From positions 868,001-932,000 of the forward strand of contig OZ024763.1 in the NCBI GenBank assembly GCA_964016885.1: 64,000 nucleotides of DNA, in the 5' to 3' direction. The stretch comes from Eledone cirrhosa. Its lineage: Eukaryota. Positions 50,972 through 62,271 of this stretch are shown piece after piece. The translations under genes were made by a program, and so were the position numbers. Below the pieces are notes generated by a model. The model worked only from the letters and a program-made list of their open reading frames with translations. It had not been told where the DNA came from and searched no databases. Each line of letters starts with the position of its first letter. Position 1 is the first letter of the stretch.

Positions 50972-51899
50972 GTGAGATTCTATATATTTGTTATATTGTT
51001 GTTATATTATTATTGGCTTTGTGGTTAGGGGGTATTCGGCTCACGACGCGTTGTGTCCTTAAGCAAGACACTTTATTTTACGTTGTGTCCTTAAGCAAGA
51101 CACTTTATTTCACGTTGCTCCAGCTGGGGAAAAAAATAGTTGCACCTGTCACATTCTGTGTCACGCTGAATCTCCCTGAGAAGTACGTTAAGACACTTTA
51201 TTGCTCCAGTCCACTCAGCTGGCATAAATGAGTTGTCCCTGTCATACGAATGGCCAGCCTCGTCACATTCTGTGTCATGCCGAATCTCCCTGAGAACTAG
51301 TTACGTTAAGACTACGCGTGTTTGTAGAATGCTCAGTCACTTGCACGTTAATTTCACTAGTAGGCTGTTCTGTTGATCTGATCAACTGAAATACTCGTCG
51401 CCGTAACCGACGGAGTGCCGGTTGTAATATTATTATTTAATCAAAACACGAATTAGGAGATGCGAGATCTCTACACGACAGAAACATTAAACACGATATA
51501 TTCTGAACAGAAACAATAAATATTATATATATATATATACTAATAACAAATTACAATCGATTTTTATGACAAAAATATTGATTATTTTTTAAATCTTTGT
51601 ATAATATTAATAAACTAGTTAAAATGTTCAAGTCGTAATTCGCGCCTTCTTATTAAATAGTCTTGGAAAAAGATCAAAATTTATATATGTGTCTATGTAT
51701 GTATATATTTATATATATATATATATATATGTATGTGGTTGACGGCTGAGAGAAAGGAGTGTACTCAATACTGAAGTAGAGTTTTAATATCCATTATTTT
51801 AAGGCTGAATAGTGAGTCTTGTTACTCTGGAGTTTTCCATCTTTATCACGGGGTCATCAGACAGAACTGTTTCTGGCTTGGTTTCAACAGCTGGGTGCT

Positions 51900-52420
51900 C
51901 TTCCTAACGCCAACCACGTTTACAGTGTGGACTGGGTGCTTTTGTTGTGTCACCTACACTACCACTTTACAGTGTGGACTGGGTGCTTTTGTTGTGTCAC
52001 CTACACTACCACTTTACAGTGTGGACTGGGTGTTTTTTATTGTGATACCTACATAACCACTTTACAGTCTAGACTGGGTGCTTTTTGTCGTTATACCTAC
52101 ACTACCTCTTTACAGTGTGGACTGGGTGCTTTTTGTTGTTATACCTACATGACCACTTTACAGTGTGGACTGGGTGCTTTTTGTGATGACTACTTTACAA
52201 GGTGGACTGCGTGCTTTTTGTCATGACACTTACATGGCCACTTTACAGTGTGGACTGGGTGCTTTTTGTCGTGACATCTACACAACCACTTTACAGTGTG
52301 GACTGGGTGCTTTTTGTCGTGACACCAACATGACCACTTTACAGTATTAACTGGGTGCTTTCTGTCATGACACCAACATGACCATTTTACAGTGTGGACT
52401 GGGTGCTTTTTGTCATGTCA
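51900..52420. repeat. About 44-bp SINE-derived minisatellite
   Basis: Unit accactttacagtgtggactgggtgctttttgtcgtgacacctac. Confidence 0.85.
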
Positions 52421-52992
52421 CCTAGACAATCACACTCAAATGAAGGACTGCCGTGTAATTTGAAACTAAGACAAACTTAACACACCCAAGAGACCTCTAT
52501 TAAGGTGTGACTTCATTAATGTGAGGCCAGCTAAACCTACACAGGTGTGATCTGCAACAACAACATTCATTTTATTGATCATTCAGATAACCTTCCTACT
52601 AATCAGTGAGACATTTTTCATTAAAGATGTTTTGATTAAGCTTCCAGTTAATTAGTCTGTTGTTATTGTAATTATTAGAATGGCCCATGTGAATAGGCCT
52701 ACTGTTAACATGTACCTGTAGGCTGGTTGATTTGGGGAGAGGGGTTCCTTTCCTTGGTCCAGGATTAGTGGTGGTACCTGTGTCACCCCTAACTAGTTCT
52801 AACCCCCCCCCCCCTATTGGGGAATTTTTATTAGTTGATTTTTTTTATTTTTTTTATTTTTACTCAATGTTATTGTACCCCCCCCCCCCACTGTCTTTGT
52901 ATTGTCCCATATATGTCGGCCCTTGGGGTCAATAAAAAAATCATTATTATTAATTTATTTCAAAACTAATTGTGTTTATCTTTTCATTTCAG

Positions 52993-53004
52993 GAGCTGGC
53001 CAAG
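52993..53004 (+). CDS. INTS11: INTS11 exon 2, 12-nt microexon (G-A-G-Q-D)
   Basis: ttttcatttcag|GAGCTGGCCAAG|gtgagt supplies the otherwise missing GAGQ residues. Confidence 0.9.
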
Positions 53005-53894
53005 GTGAGTCATCAAGTATATAATTCTTGTGTTTAAATGTTTAACGAATGTCATCAAGGGACGTTTTCTGAAGTTTTCTTTCCTTCCTGTTGATGCCCT
53101 TCCTGTTGCCAACCCCTTTTAGTTGCCTCTTACAACACACAGAGATACGGTGTACCTATTCTAAATGAATGTGGAATAGAAGAATACAGAGTGTACTGGG
53201 TGTAGTTTATTGTGGCACCAGCACTACCACTATACAGAGTGTACTGGGTGTATTTTCATCAAGGCAGCAACACCATCACTTTACAGAGTGTACTAAATTC
53301 ATATTATCTTGTCACCAGCACTGCCACTTTAGTCCTTTTTTGAGGCTTTGTTACCCTGGCCAGATGCCTTTCCTGTTACCAACCCTTTTTAGTTACATCT
53401 TACAACACACAGAGATATGGTGTCCTTATTCTAAATGAATGTGAAATAGAAGAATTTGTAGAGGAATGATGGGAATTATAGAGCCAGTGGAGAATGCTGT
53501 GACAAGAAATGGAGTGAGATGGTTGGGTCATGTGTTGAGGAAGGATGGCAGTGACAGGGTGAAATTACTCCTGGTTCAATGATACAAACTATTTGCATTA
53601 AACTATATATTTATCTTAAGACTTTCCATTATAATTTTATATAAGAACCTTTGTTAATTTATGTTCCAAACACCAGCTTAATCAAGTGAAAGTTATATTA
53701 CTAAAGTCTTCCAAATTCTTGATTATTTTCAAAATGATATGAAAAAAAAGTGTTTATTTGTTTATCTAAAAAATCTTCCTTCAAAATTTTATATTATACA
53801 ACCTTTGTTAAGTTATGTTCCAAACACCATCGTAATAATCAGCAAGTTAGTTATATTACTAAATTCCTCCAATTTGATTATCACAGACAGTTAA

Positions 53895-54543
53895 CCCTTT
53901 AGCATTTAAACTGGCCATATCTGGCCAGAATTCTCTCACCACTTTTTGTTCAAACCGGTTGTAACTGGTCACTTATATCAAAATCTCATAGATTCAATAT
54001 TATGTGAGGTAAAGACTTTACCATGAAAATACAATTGTAAATATAGAGTAATGTTAATGTTGTGAGGTAAAGCCTTTACTGTGGAAATACAATAGTAAAT
54101 ATAGAGAGTAATGTAAATGTTATGTGAGGTAAAGGATTTACCACTAAAATACAATAGTATATATAGAGTAATGTAAATGTTATGTGAGATATTATGAGGT
54201 AAAGCCTTTACTGTGAAAATACAATAGTATATATAGAGTAATGTAAATGTTATGTGAGATATTAAGTGAGGTAAAGCCTTTACTGTAAAAATACAATAGT
54301 ATATATAGAGTAATGTAAATGTTATGTGAGATATTATGTGAGGTAAAGCCTTTACTGTGAAAATACAATAGTATATATAGAGTAATGTAAATGTAATGAG
54401 ATATTATGTGAGGTAAAGCCTTTACTGTGAAAATACAATAGTATATATAGAGTAATGTAAATGTTATGTGAGATATTATGTGATGTAAAGCCTTTACTGT
54501 GAAAATACAATAGTATATATAGAGTAATGTAAATGGTAAAGAG
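53895..54543. mobile_element. piggyBac-type non-autonomous element with internal 60/73-bp repeats (opposite orientation)
   Basis: TTAA-CCCTTTAGCATTTA ... TAAATGGTAAAGAG-TTAA. Confidence 0.8.
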
Positions 54544-54592
54544 TTAAATAATCACTTTGTACTGATTTTTTTGTTGTTTTTTTGTTTTTTAG

Positions 54593-54678
54593 ATGTTGGT
54601 CGGAGTTGTATTCTGGTGACTGTGGGTGGTAAGAACATCATGTTGGATTGTGGTATGCATATGGGATTTAACGATGAG
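54593..54678 (+). CDS. INTS11: INTS11 exon 3: [28 protein letters not shown]
   Basis: AG/GTGAGA boundaries, 86 nt. Confidence 0.96.
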
Positions 54679-54975
54679 GTGAGAATCTTTATTATTACTA
54701 GCAGAAAAACCATCCCTCTGTGTATATCTAATGTAATTTTAAAAACACATTCAATTATTGAACATCATATCATCATCACTGTTTAACGTCCATTTTCCTC
54801 GCTAGCATGGGTTAGACGGGTTGTCCTGTTTGAGGCAATTCGAGCTCAGATCACCGTTTAACGTACATTTTCCACGCTAGCATGGGTTAGATGGGTTGTC
54901 CTATTTGATGTCAGATGACCATGTCTTGCTCATACAGAATCATATATAATGTATATGTTTTGTTGTTTTTCTTAG

Positions 54976-55049
54976 AGACGTTTCCCAGATTTTACATACA
55001 TCACCAGGAATGGAACCCTTACCGAACATTTGGACTGTGTCATCATCAC
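54976..55049 (+). CDS. INTS11: INTS11 exon 4: RRFPDFTYITRNGTLTEHLDCVII
   Basis: AG/GTAAGT boundaries, 74 nt. Confidence 0.95.
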
Positions 55050-56155
55050 GTAAGTTTATCAAAAATTTCCCCTGCTACAGTTTCTTGGTTATATCATCTT
55101 TATGTCATATCCAGTTTAGCTTTTAACACGCTGTCAGCGACATATCGCACCACAGAGTAATCTCCCCTAACATAATCAAGGGAAACAATCCATAAAAATT
55201 ACTAGCGCGCTTAAGGTATCATGGCCTAGAAAGAGCATCCACCCGTGAAAACTATGCTAAATAGAACGTATGTGGAAGACAGTAAAACAGAAGGCGCTGA
55301 ATAACGCATGTGCACTACGATCCAGCCTTCGCGCATGCGCACTACAGTCCAGGCTATCAATATCTATAACCTAATATAAACACGATATTATATCGTAAGC
55401 TGTTTGATATAATATCTTGGAGTTCTCTCCCTTACATTAGATGAGATAGTTTCAATTGTGTGTGTGCGAATTTGTTTTCAATAGCTTATGTTAAAAACTT
55501 TTTATTCAATATATATATTTTTTTATCCATCTCCGGATCAATCATATTTACGGAATATATAGGGTCATAATAATAAACATTATCAGCTTCTAGACTAAAT
55601 TAATCAATCAATCATAATTATATATATATATATATATATATATAGTATTTTCTTAAGTACGTATGCATACTTACACACACGTATATATCGACTTTCGTCA
55701 AATCGGACCGTGGAAATAATGTTTCCGCTGATCTTTCCAATGGCCAGAAATAATAACAGAACACACTTACTGTTTGGTTGGTTTTTGCTTCTGTATCTTT
55801 TATATCTCCATAGTTAATTTATTTTGGCAATCAATGTTTATCATTGATTGACCAGCGGTTAAAAATACAGATATAAATATATATATATATGTGTATATAT
55901 ATATATATATACTTGGGGAGGATCATATTGTTGTAATATTGCCAGAAATAATAACATAGTTAATTTATTTGGTAATCAATATTTATCATTGATTGACCAC
56001 CGGTTAAAAAATACAGATATATATATATATAGTCTATCAAAGTTCTTCCATTGCACATCTGCAACATCATCAATGGCTCTATTATGTCTCCTCCCATTGT
56101 ATTGTAGGTCTACGCCATTTTCATTTTAATTAATTTATTTATATATATATTGATC

Positions 56156-56480
56156 TGTGAAGGCACATACATGGCTTAGTGGTTAGAGCATTGGCCTTGC
56201 AATCGAAAGGTTGTGAGTTCAATTCTCAGACCGGGTGATGTGTTGTTTCCTTGAGCAAGACACTTTATTTCACATTGCTCCAGTTTACTCAGCTGTAGAA
56301 ATGAGATGATAGGGACTGTAAAGTGGTCATGTAGGTGCCACGGCAAAAAAGCACCCAGCACTCACTGTAAATGAGGTTGGTGTTAGGAAGGGCATCCAGC
56401 TGTAGAAATCAAGCCAGAATCAGTTGCCGTCCCACCCTTGCAAGCAGGGAAAAGTGGACGTAAAAATGAAATGAAAATGA
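56156..56480 (+). mobile_element. Full-length tRNA/CORE-like SINE with RTE-derived tail
   Basis: A and B boxes, CCTTGAGCAAGACACTT body, and 3' end ccgtcccacccttgcaagcagggaaaagtggacgtaaaa shared with the RTE at 47530-47570. Confidence 0.82.
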
Positions 56481-56532
56481 AAAAAAATGATCTATATCAA
56501 TCGATATATTTATTTAACTGTTTGTTTTTCAG

Positions 56533-56644
56533 ACATTTTCATCTTGACCACTGTGGTGCTCTACCATACATGTCTGAAATGGTGGGGTTTGATGGACCCA
56601 TCTATATGACACACCCTACCAAGGCTATATGTCCAATACTGCTG
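56533..56644 (+). CDS. INTS11: INTS11 exon 5: [37 protein letters not shown]
   Basis: HxHxDH catalytic motif; AG/GTAAGT boundaries; 112 nt. Confidence 0.97.
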
Positions 56645-57414
56645 GTAAGTTTGTTTAGTGCTCTCACTGTTGTAACCACTGTGTGATGGGAACTCTCACT
56701 GTAGGGGTTGATATAATCAACTTTGAGAACCCATAGAGTAACGCCTTGTGTTTACTATTATCTACACACAAGGGCCTTGTTTCAGGGGGAGGTACCAGGG
56801 GACAAGTCCCCCCCCCCCACTTTTTCAAATGACTATTTTATTTTTTGTTTATTTGATATAATAAATTCTTTTTAAGCTTATTTTTTTTTTATATCTGAAC
56901 TTCATTTGAATATATAAAATTTAATTAGCGTAAGATTTTACTTGTGATAGGGTCCAGGAAAGGCATCATAAGCAATACTAACATGCTCCTTTAAGAATCA
57001 ACAAATGTTGGTTTGTCCCCCTCACATTTTTAAGGCAAACGAGGCCCCAGCCTACACAGCCGAAACCCTTAGGAGCATCCCACTGGACAACCGACCGACA
57101 TATACACGCACATTAATTGAAATCCAGTTTTCCTATTTAAATTAAAATCTTCCAACATAATTCACATAGAACCATATGTTAAGTTTGTATCTTAATAATT
57201 GTTTCTACTTTTGGCACAAGGCCAGCAATTACCCAGTGCATTACTGGTACTTTATTTTATCGACCCCGTAAGGATGAAAGGCAAAGTCAACCTCGGCGGG
57301 ATTTGAACTCAGATCGTAAAAGGGACGTAACTATGCTGGAAAGCATGGCGTCCGACCCTCTACCGAGTTTGTATCTTAATAATGTAATAATTCTTGAGAA
57401 GAGTTAAAACTTAA

Positions 57415-57872
57415 CCCTTTCATAATCATATTTCTAATGAAAACCACTCTGTCTTAATTAATTAATGAAGAATTCTGACCAATTTATTAAAAGTATTAAT
57501 CTTTAGCGTGCTAATAATTTATATGAGTTGTTTCCCTTGAGAACGCATTATCTATGAAGGGGACATTACGCTATGGTGTGCTGTGTCACCGACACAGATT
57601 AATACTGTTAATAAATTGCTCAAAATTCTTCATTAATGGTGGATTGGCAGTATCGGTAGAGGGTCGGACGCCATGCTTTGATGCATAGAGTTACAGCCCT
57701 TTCCAATCTGAGTTCAAATCCCGCCGAGGTTAACTTTGCCTTTCATCCTTACGGGGTCGATAAAATAAAGTACCAGTAATGCACTGGGTAATTTGCTGGC
57801 CTTGTGCCAAAAGTAGAAACAATTAATTAATTAAAACAGTGGTTTTTAATAGAAATATGGTTATGAAAAGGG
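57415..57872. mobile_element. Second piggyBac-type MITE family, carrying a nested MetaSINE-like copy (~57636-57830)
   Basis: TTAA-CCCTTTCATAATCATATTTCTA..AAAACCACT ... AGTGGTTTT..TAGAAATATGGTTATGAAAAGGG-TTAA. Confidence 0.75.
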
Positions 57873-57926
57873 TTAAATATTAATTTTTCTCAGATTTAAA
57901 CGTTTGAATATTGATTGATTTTTCAG

Positions 57927-58043
57927 GAAGATTATCGGAAGATCACCGTAGAACGGAGAGGAGAGACCAACTTCTTCACATCAGAGATGATAAAATCGTG
58001 TATGAAGAAAGTAATAGCTGTCAACCTTCACCAGACTGTTCAC
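57927..58043 (+). CDS. INTS11: INTS11 exon 6: [39 protein letters not shown]
   Basis: AG/GTATGT boundaries, 117 nt. Confidence 0.95.
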
Positions 58044-58575
58044 GTATGTATAGTAGTGGTGGTGGTGGTGGTGGTAGTGGTTCACGTATGTATAGTAGTA
58101 GTAGTGGTGGTGGTGGTAGTAGTGGTTCACGTATGTATAGTAGTAGTGGTGGTGGTGGTGGTGGTAGTAGTAGTGGTGGTGGTTCACGTATGTATACTAA
58201 TAGTAGTAATGGTGGTGGTGGTTCACGTATGTATACTAATAGTAGTAGTGGTGGTAGTAGTGGTGGTGGTGGTGGTGGTAGTGGTGGTGGTTCACGTATG
58301 TATACTAATAGTGGTGGTGGTGGTGGTTCACGTATGTATACTAATAGTAGTAGTGGTGGTGGTTCACATATGTATAGTAGTAGTAGTGGTGGTGGTGGTT
58401 CACGTATGTATACTAATAGTAGTAGTGGTGGTAATAGTGGTGGTGGTGGTGGTCCACGTATGTATACTAATAGTAGTAGTGGTGGTGGTTCACGTATGTA
58501 TACTAATAGTAATAGTAGTAGTGGTGGTGGTGGTTCACGTATGTATACTAATAGTAGTAGTGGTGGTGGTAGTAG
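58038..58575 (+). repeat. Array of ~12 copies of the INTS11 exon 6 donor separated by (GTG/GTA)n
   Basis: GTTCAC|GTATGTATA is repeated; every copy is in the coding frame. Confidence 0.92.
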
Positions 58576-60044
58576 AAAAACCTCATTTGGTCAGTTCATG
58601 AGAGTGTCTTGGTCAGCCTAGCAGCTTCTCAGCCGACACTCGTGTATGTATGTATGTACATTTTAAAATGGACAGATTTATACCATAAAACCTGGGGTAG
58701 TTTCAGGTGGGTTGCTATAAAAAGGAGTTAAGCAACTGTGACATATATTTATATCTGAAATAATTGTTTCTACTTTAGGCACAAGGCCAGCAATTACCCA
58801 GTACATTACTGGTACTTTATTTTATCGACCCCGTAAGGATGCAAGGCAAAGTTAACCTCCGCGGGATTATCTGAAATAATGGTGTGGTCCTGTAACTCCT
58901 TATTGAGTCATAGGGGCTCTGTATTGACATATGGAGTTTCTTGGGTATTTTAAGCCTGGTAGAGCCCATTCCTCTCCAGCAGATTTCTTCCAGAGAAGGA
59001 GAGAAAGTGAGAGGGAGTGAGTGATATAGAGGAAGAATCGATGAATCCAGTACTAGACCGGTACTTATATATATATATATACACACATACTTATATATAT
59101 ATATATATATCATCATCATCATCATCATCGTTTAATGTCTATCTTCCACGCTATCATGGGTTTAGACGAGAATTGTCCCAATTGAGGCAAGATTGGTTGT
59201 CTTGGTCTGGCAGGTTTTCTACGGCAGGATGCCCTTCCTAACACCAACCACGTTTACAGTGTGTGTATATATCATCATCATCATCATCAGGTTTAGCGTC
59301 CGTGTTCCACGCTTGCATGGGTTTGGACGGGGGTTTTCCCACTTGAGGCAAGAGTGGTTGTCTTGCTCGCATAGGACTGTCTGGCGGGTTTTCTACAGTT
59401 GGATGCCCTTCCTAACACCAACCACATTTACAGTGTGGGGCTGGGAGGTTTTTACCGTGTTGCCTACACGGCCACATTACAGCGTGGACTGTCTGGCGGG
59501 TTTTCTACAGCTGGATGCCCTTCCTAACACCAACCACATTTACAGTGTGGGGCTGGGAGGTTTTTACCGTGTTGCCTACACGGCCACATTTACAGCGTGG
59601 ACTGTGTTTTTTGTCGTGACACCTACACGATCTCATTTGTTTCGGCCTGGATGTTGTGGGACCAACATAACTTTACATTGAAAGGGGCGGTGTGGGTGGA
59701 GTGGAGGTGGTGGGACGGGGGTGTGTTTTGATAGAGATGCCTACTGACTGTAGTAGGTTTTTACTTTGTATTTAGGTAAGGCGGGTCTTCTCTATTACTG
59801 AGTACCGCCAAAGGTCTCGGTCCAGTGACATTGTCTTGGAGAGGTGTAAGCGTGTGAGGTCGGAATTTATCATATATATATAGATATATATATGCAAAAG
59901 TTCTATTTAAAATTGTTGGGATACATCAAGTAAATAAACACTATGACTTATTATATGAACAAATCACTATCCAGACAGCCTCCAAAAGTAATGGTTGTAT
60001 TTTAAAGGGTACGTCAAACCTATTTGTAAAGCTGTTATATATTG

Positions 60045-60109
60045 TATTTTGTCTGATGAAGGCATACCATAATTTAATGTGGTATCCCTGAAATATGTAT
60101 AATGAAATA
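60045..60109 (+). ncRNA. Minimal type I hammerhead ribozyme motif (Penelope-like element type)
   Basis: tattttgt-CTGATGA-aggcataccata..tgtggtatccct-GAAA-tatgta-TA-atgaaata, within a (TA)n-flanked fragment. Confidence 0.58.
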
Positions 60110-60498
60110 AATATGGTTTTATAAATATAGTTTCCATTTATTAATATCGTATATTGATATATATATATATATATATAGATATATATATAGATATATATAT
60201 ATATATATATACAGATATATATATATCCATATATATATATATATATATATGGAGAGATATAGAGGAAGAATCAATCCCAGTACTAGACTGATACTTTTTT
60301 TATCGACCTTGAAAAGATGAAAGGCAAAGTTGACCTCAGTGGGATTTGAACTCAGAGAGCAGAGAGCTGGAACAAATACCACAAGGCATTCTATCTGATG
60401 TTCTAATAACTCTGACAATTCGCCGACTACATCTGATGCAATACTCGGGTGGAATCATTGTTAGGGGCCATATTTAATGTTTTTCTCTGTCTTTACAG

Positions 60499-60597
60499 GT
60501 GGACCTTGATCTTGAAATAAAAGCATATTATGCTGGACATGTCCTTGGAGCTGCCATGTTTTATATCAAATCTGGTCAACAGTCACTTGTCTACACA
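60499..60597 (+). CDS. INTS11: INTS11 exon 7: [33 protein letters not shown]
   Basis: AG/GTAAGG boundaries, 99 nt. Confidence 0.96.
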
Positions 60598-60764
60598 GTA
60601 AGGAGCTTTTGTCTTGGCTTTCTTCCCTCACCCCTCCCTCTTTCCCATTCTATTTGTGTGTGTTTTTGTATGAAGGTGTGCAAGATTTTAGATCAAGTAT
60701 TTTTTTTTTATTTTTACATTGCTGTTGTGTGCAAGCTTCAGCCCCCACATATTCCCACCCCATA

Positions 60765-60896
60765 GCTATCTGACTCGTGCACTGTTCATTTTCCTGACAT
60801 TTGTACATTATTCTATGTACTATACATGCACCTTTGATGAGTTGTAGTGCACCTGAGCACTGTACACAATAATTTCATTATTATTATTATTATTAT
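60765..60896 (+). mobile_element. Short 3'-UTR copy of the CR1 family with (ATT)n tail
   Basis: tgtagtgcacctgagcactgtacacaataatttcattattatt matches the 3' end of the 62272-64000 element. Also at about 11697-11748 and 15978-16077. Confidence 0.78.
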
Positions 60897-61458
60897 GTGC
60901 TGGTAGGAGCATGTCCTCCTCTTTCCACCAGATCATCCTACCAGGGCCTTATTCTTGTTTGACACAGCGGCTACAGACTGAAAGAGGCCCTGCACCAGAT
61001 GGCTGGATGTCATCAGGGAAGATCTCCGGAGGCTCGATATCACCTTGGAGGATGCAGAGAAGCTGGCACAGGACTACCAGTGATAGAGGGCGCTCGTGGA
61101 CCTGGTCAGCTCTATGGACAATGATGCTTTGAGATTGCCGGCTTCATCAAACAAGACCAAGAAGAGGAAGATGTGTTAATTCTTGACATCCTGTACCACA
61201 TGCAACCACATTAGCAAGACATTCTTGAAAAGAGTGTATGTATGTTCATATACATGTATGTATATATGCATACATGTGTGCATATGTATGCACATATGTA
61301 TGTATGTATGTGTACACATGTGTATGTATATATATGCACATAAGTATGTAATGTATATATGTATGTAATGTATGTAATATATATGTATATGCTAGCGTGG
61401 AAGATGAACATTAAATGATGATGATAATATTGTATATATATTATTTTCTTTCGCCTAG

Positions 61459-61632
61459 GGTGACTATAACATGACCCCAGACAGACATCTCGGAGCTGCT
61501 TGGATTGATAAATGTAGACCAGACTTATTAATCACAGAATCCACCTACGCTACAACTATTCGAGACTCCAAACGTTGTCGTGAGAGAGATTTCCTCAAGA
61601 AAGTCCACAATTGTGTTGAGAAAGGGGGCAAG
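61459..61632 (+). CDS. INTS11: INTS11 exon 8: [58 protein letters not shown]
   Basis: AG/GTAAAA boundaries, 174 nt. Confidence 0.96.
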
Positions 61633-61744
61633 GTAAAAAAGGGGGCTTATTATATATCTTCTAACCCTTTTAATATGAAACTGTCTGAAGTCACCCCCCC
61701 TGGTTCCACATTACATATCTGTTTATTAGATATCCTATCTCTTT

Positions 61745-62271
61745 TAACACTGTAGCATTTAAACTGGCCGTATCTGGCCAGAATTCTCTCACCTCTTTCT
61801 GTTCAAACCGGCTGTAACCGACCACTCGTATTAACGTTAAAGTATTGTTCTCAAAATAAATAATATCAAAATCTCATAGACTCGATATTATGTGAGGTAA
61901 AACCTTTACTGTGAAAATATAATAGTATATATAGAGTAATTTAAATGTTATGTGAGGTAAAGCCTTTACTGTGAAAATACAACAGAATATATAGAGTAAT
62001 GTAAATGTTATGTGAGGTAAAGCCTTTACTGTGAAAATACAATAGTATATATAGAGTAATGTAAATGTTATGTGAGATATTATGTGAGGTAAAGCCTTTA
62101 CTGTGAAAATACAATAGTATATATAGAGTAATGTAAATGTTATGTGAGGTAAAGCCTTTACTGTGAAAATACAATAGTATATATAGAGTAATGTAAATGT
62201 TATGTGAGATATTATGTGAGGTAAAGCCTTTACCACTAAAATACAATAGTATATATAGAGTAATGTAAATG
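61745..62271. mobile_element. piggyBac-type element with 60/73-bp array, interrupted by the CR1 insertion
   Basis: Same sequence family as 53895-54543. Confidence 0.72.

Larger units (their letters stand above)
50944..61632 (+). other. INTS11: INTS11 gene span, 5' part (8 coding exons, 702 nt; gene continues beyond window)
   Basis: Spliced product is the metallo-beta-lactamase/beta-CASP N-terminus with [17 protein letters not shown] and [11 protein letters not shown], characteristic of INTS11 rather than CPSF3. Confidence 0.96.

Noticed and set aside
57911-58621. 236-aa Gly/Ser-rich ORF resembling a structural protein
   Set aside because: It is an alternative frame of INTS11 exon 6 plus the donor repeat array, with no ATG start or separate gene structure.
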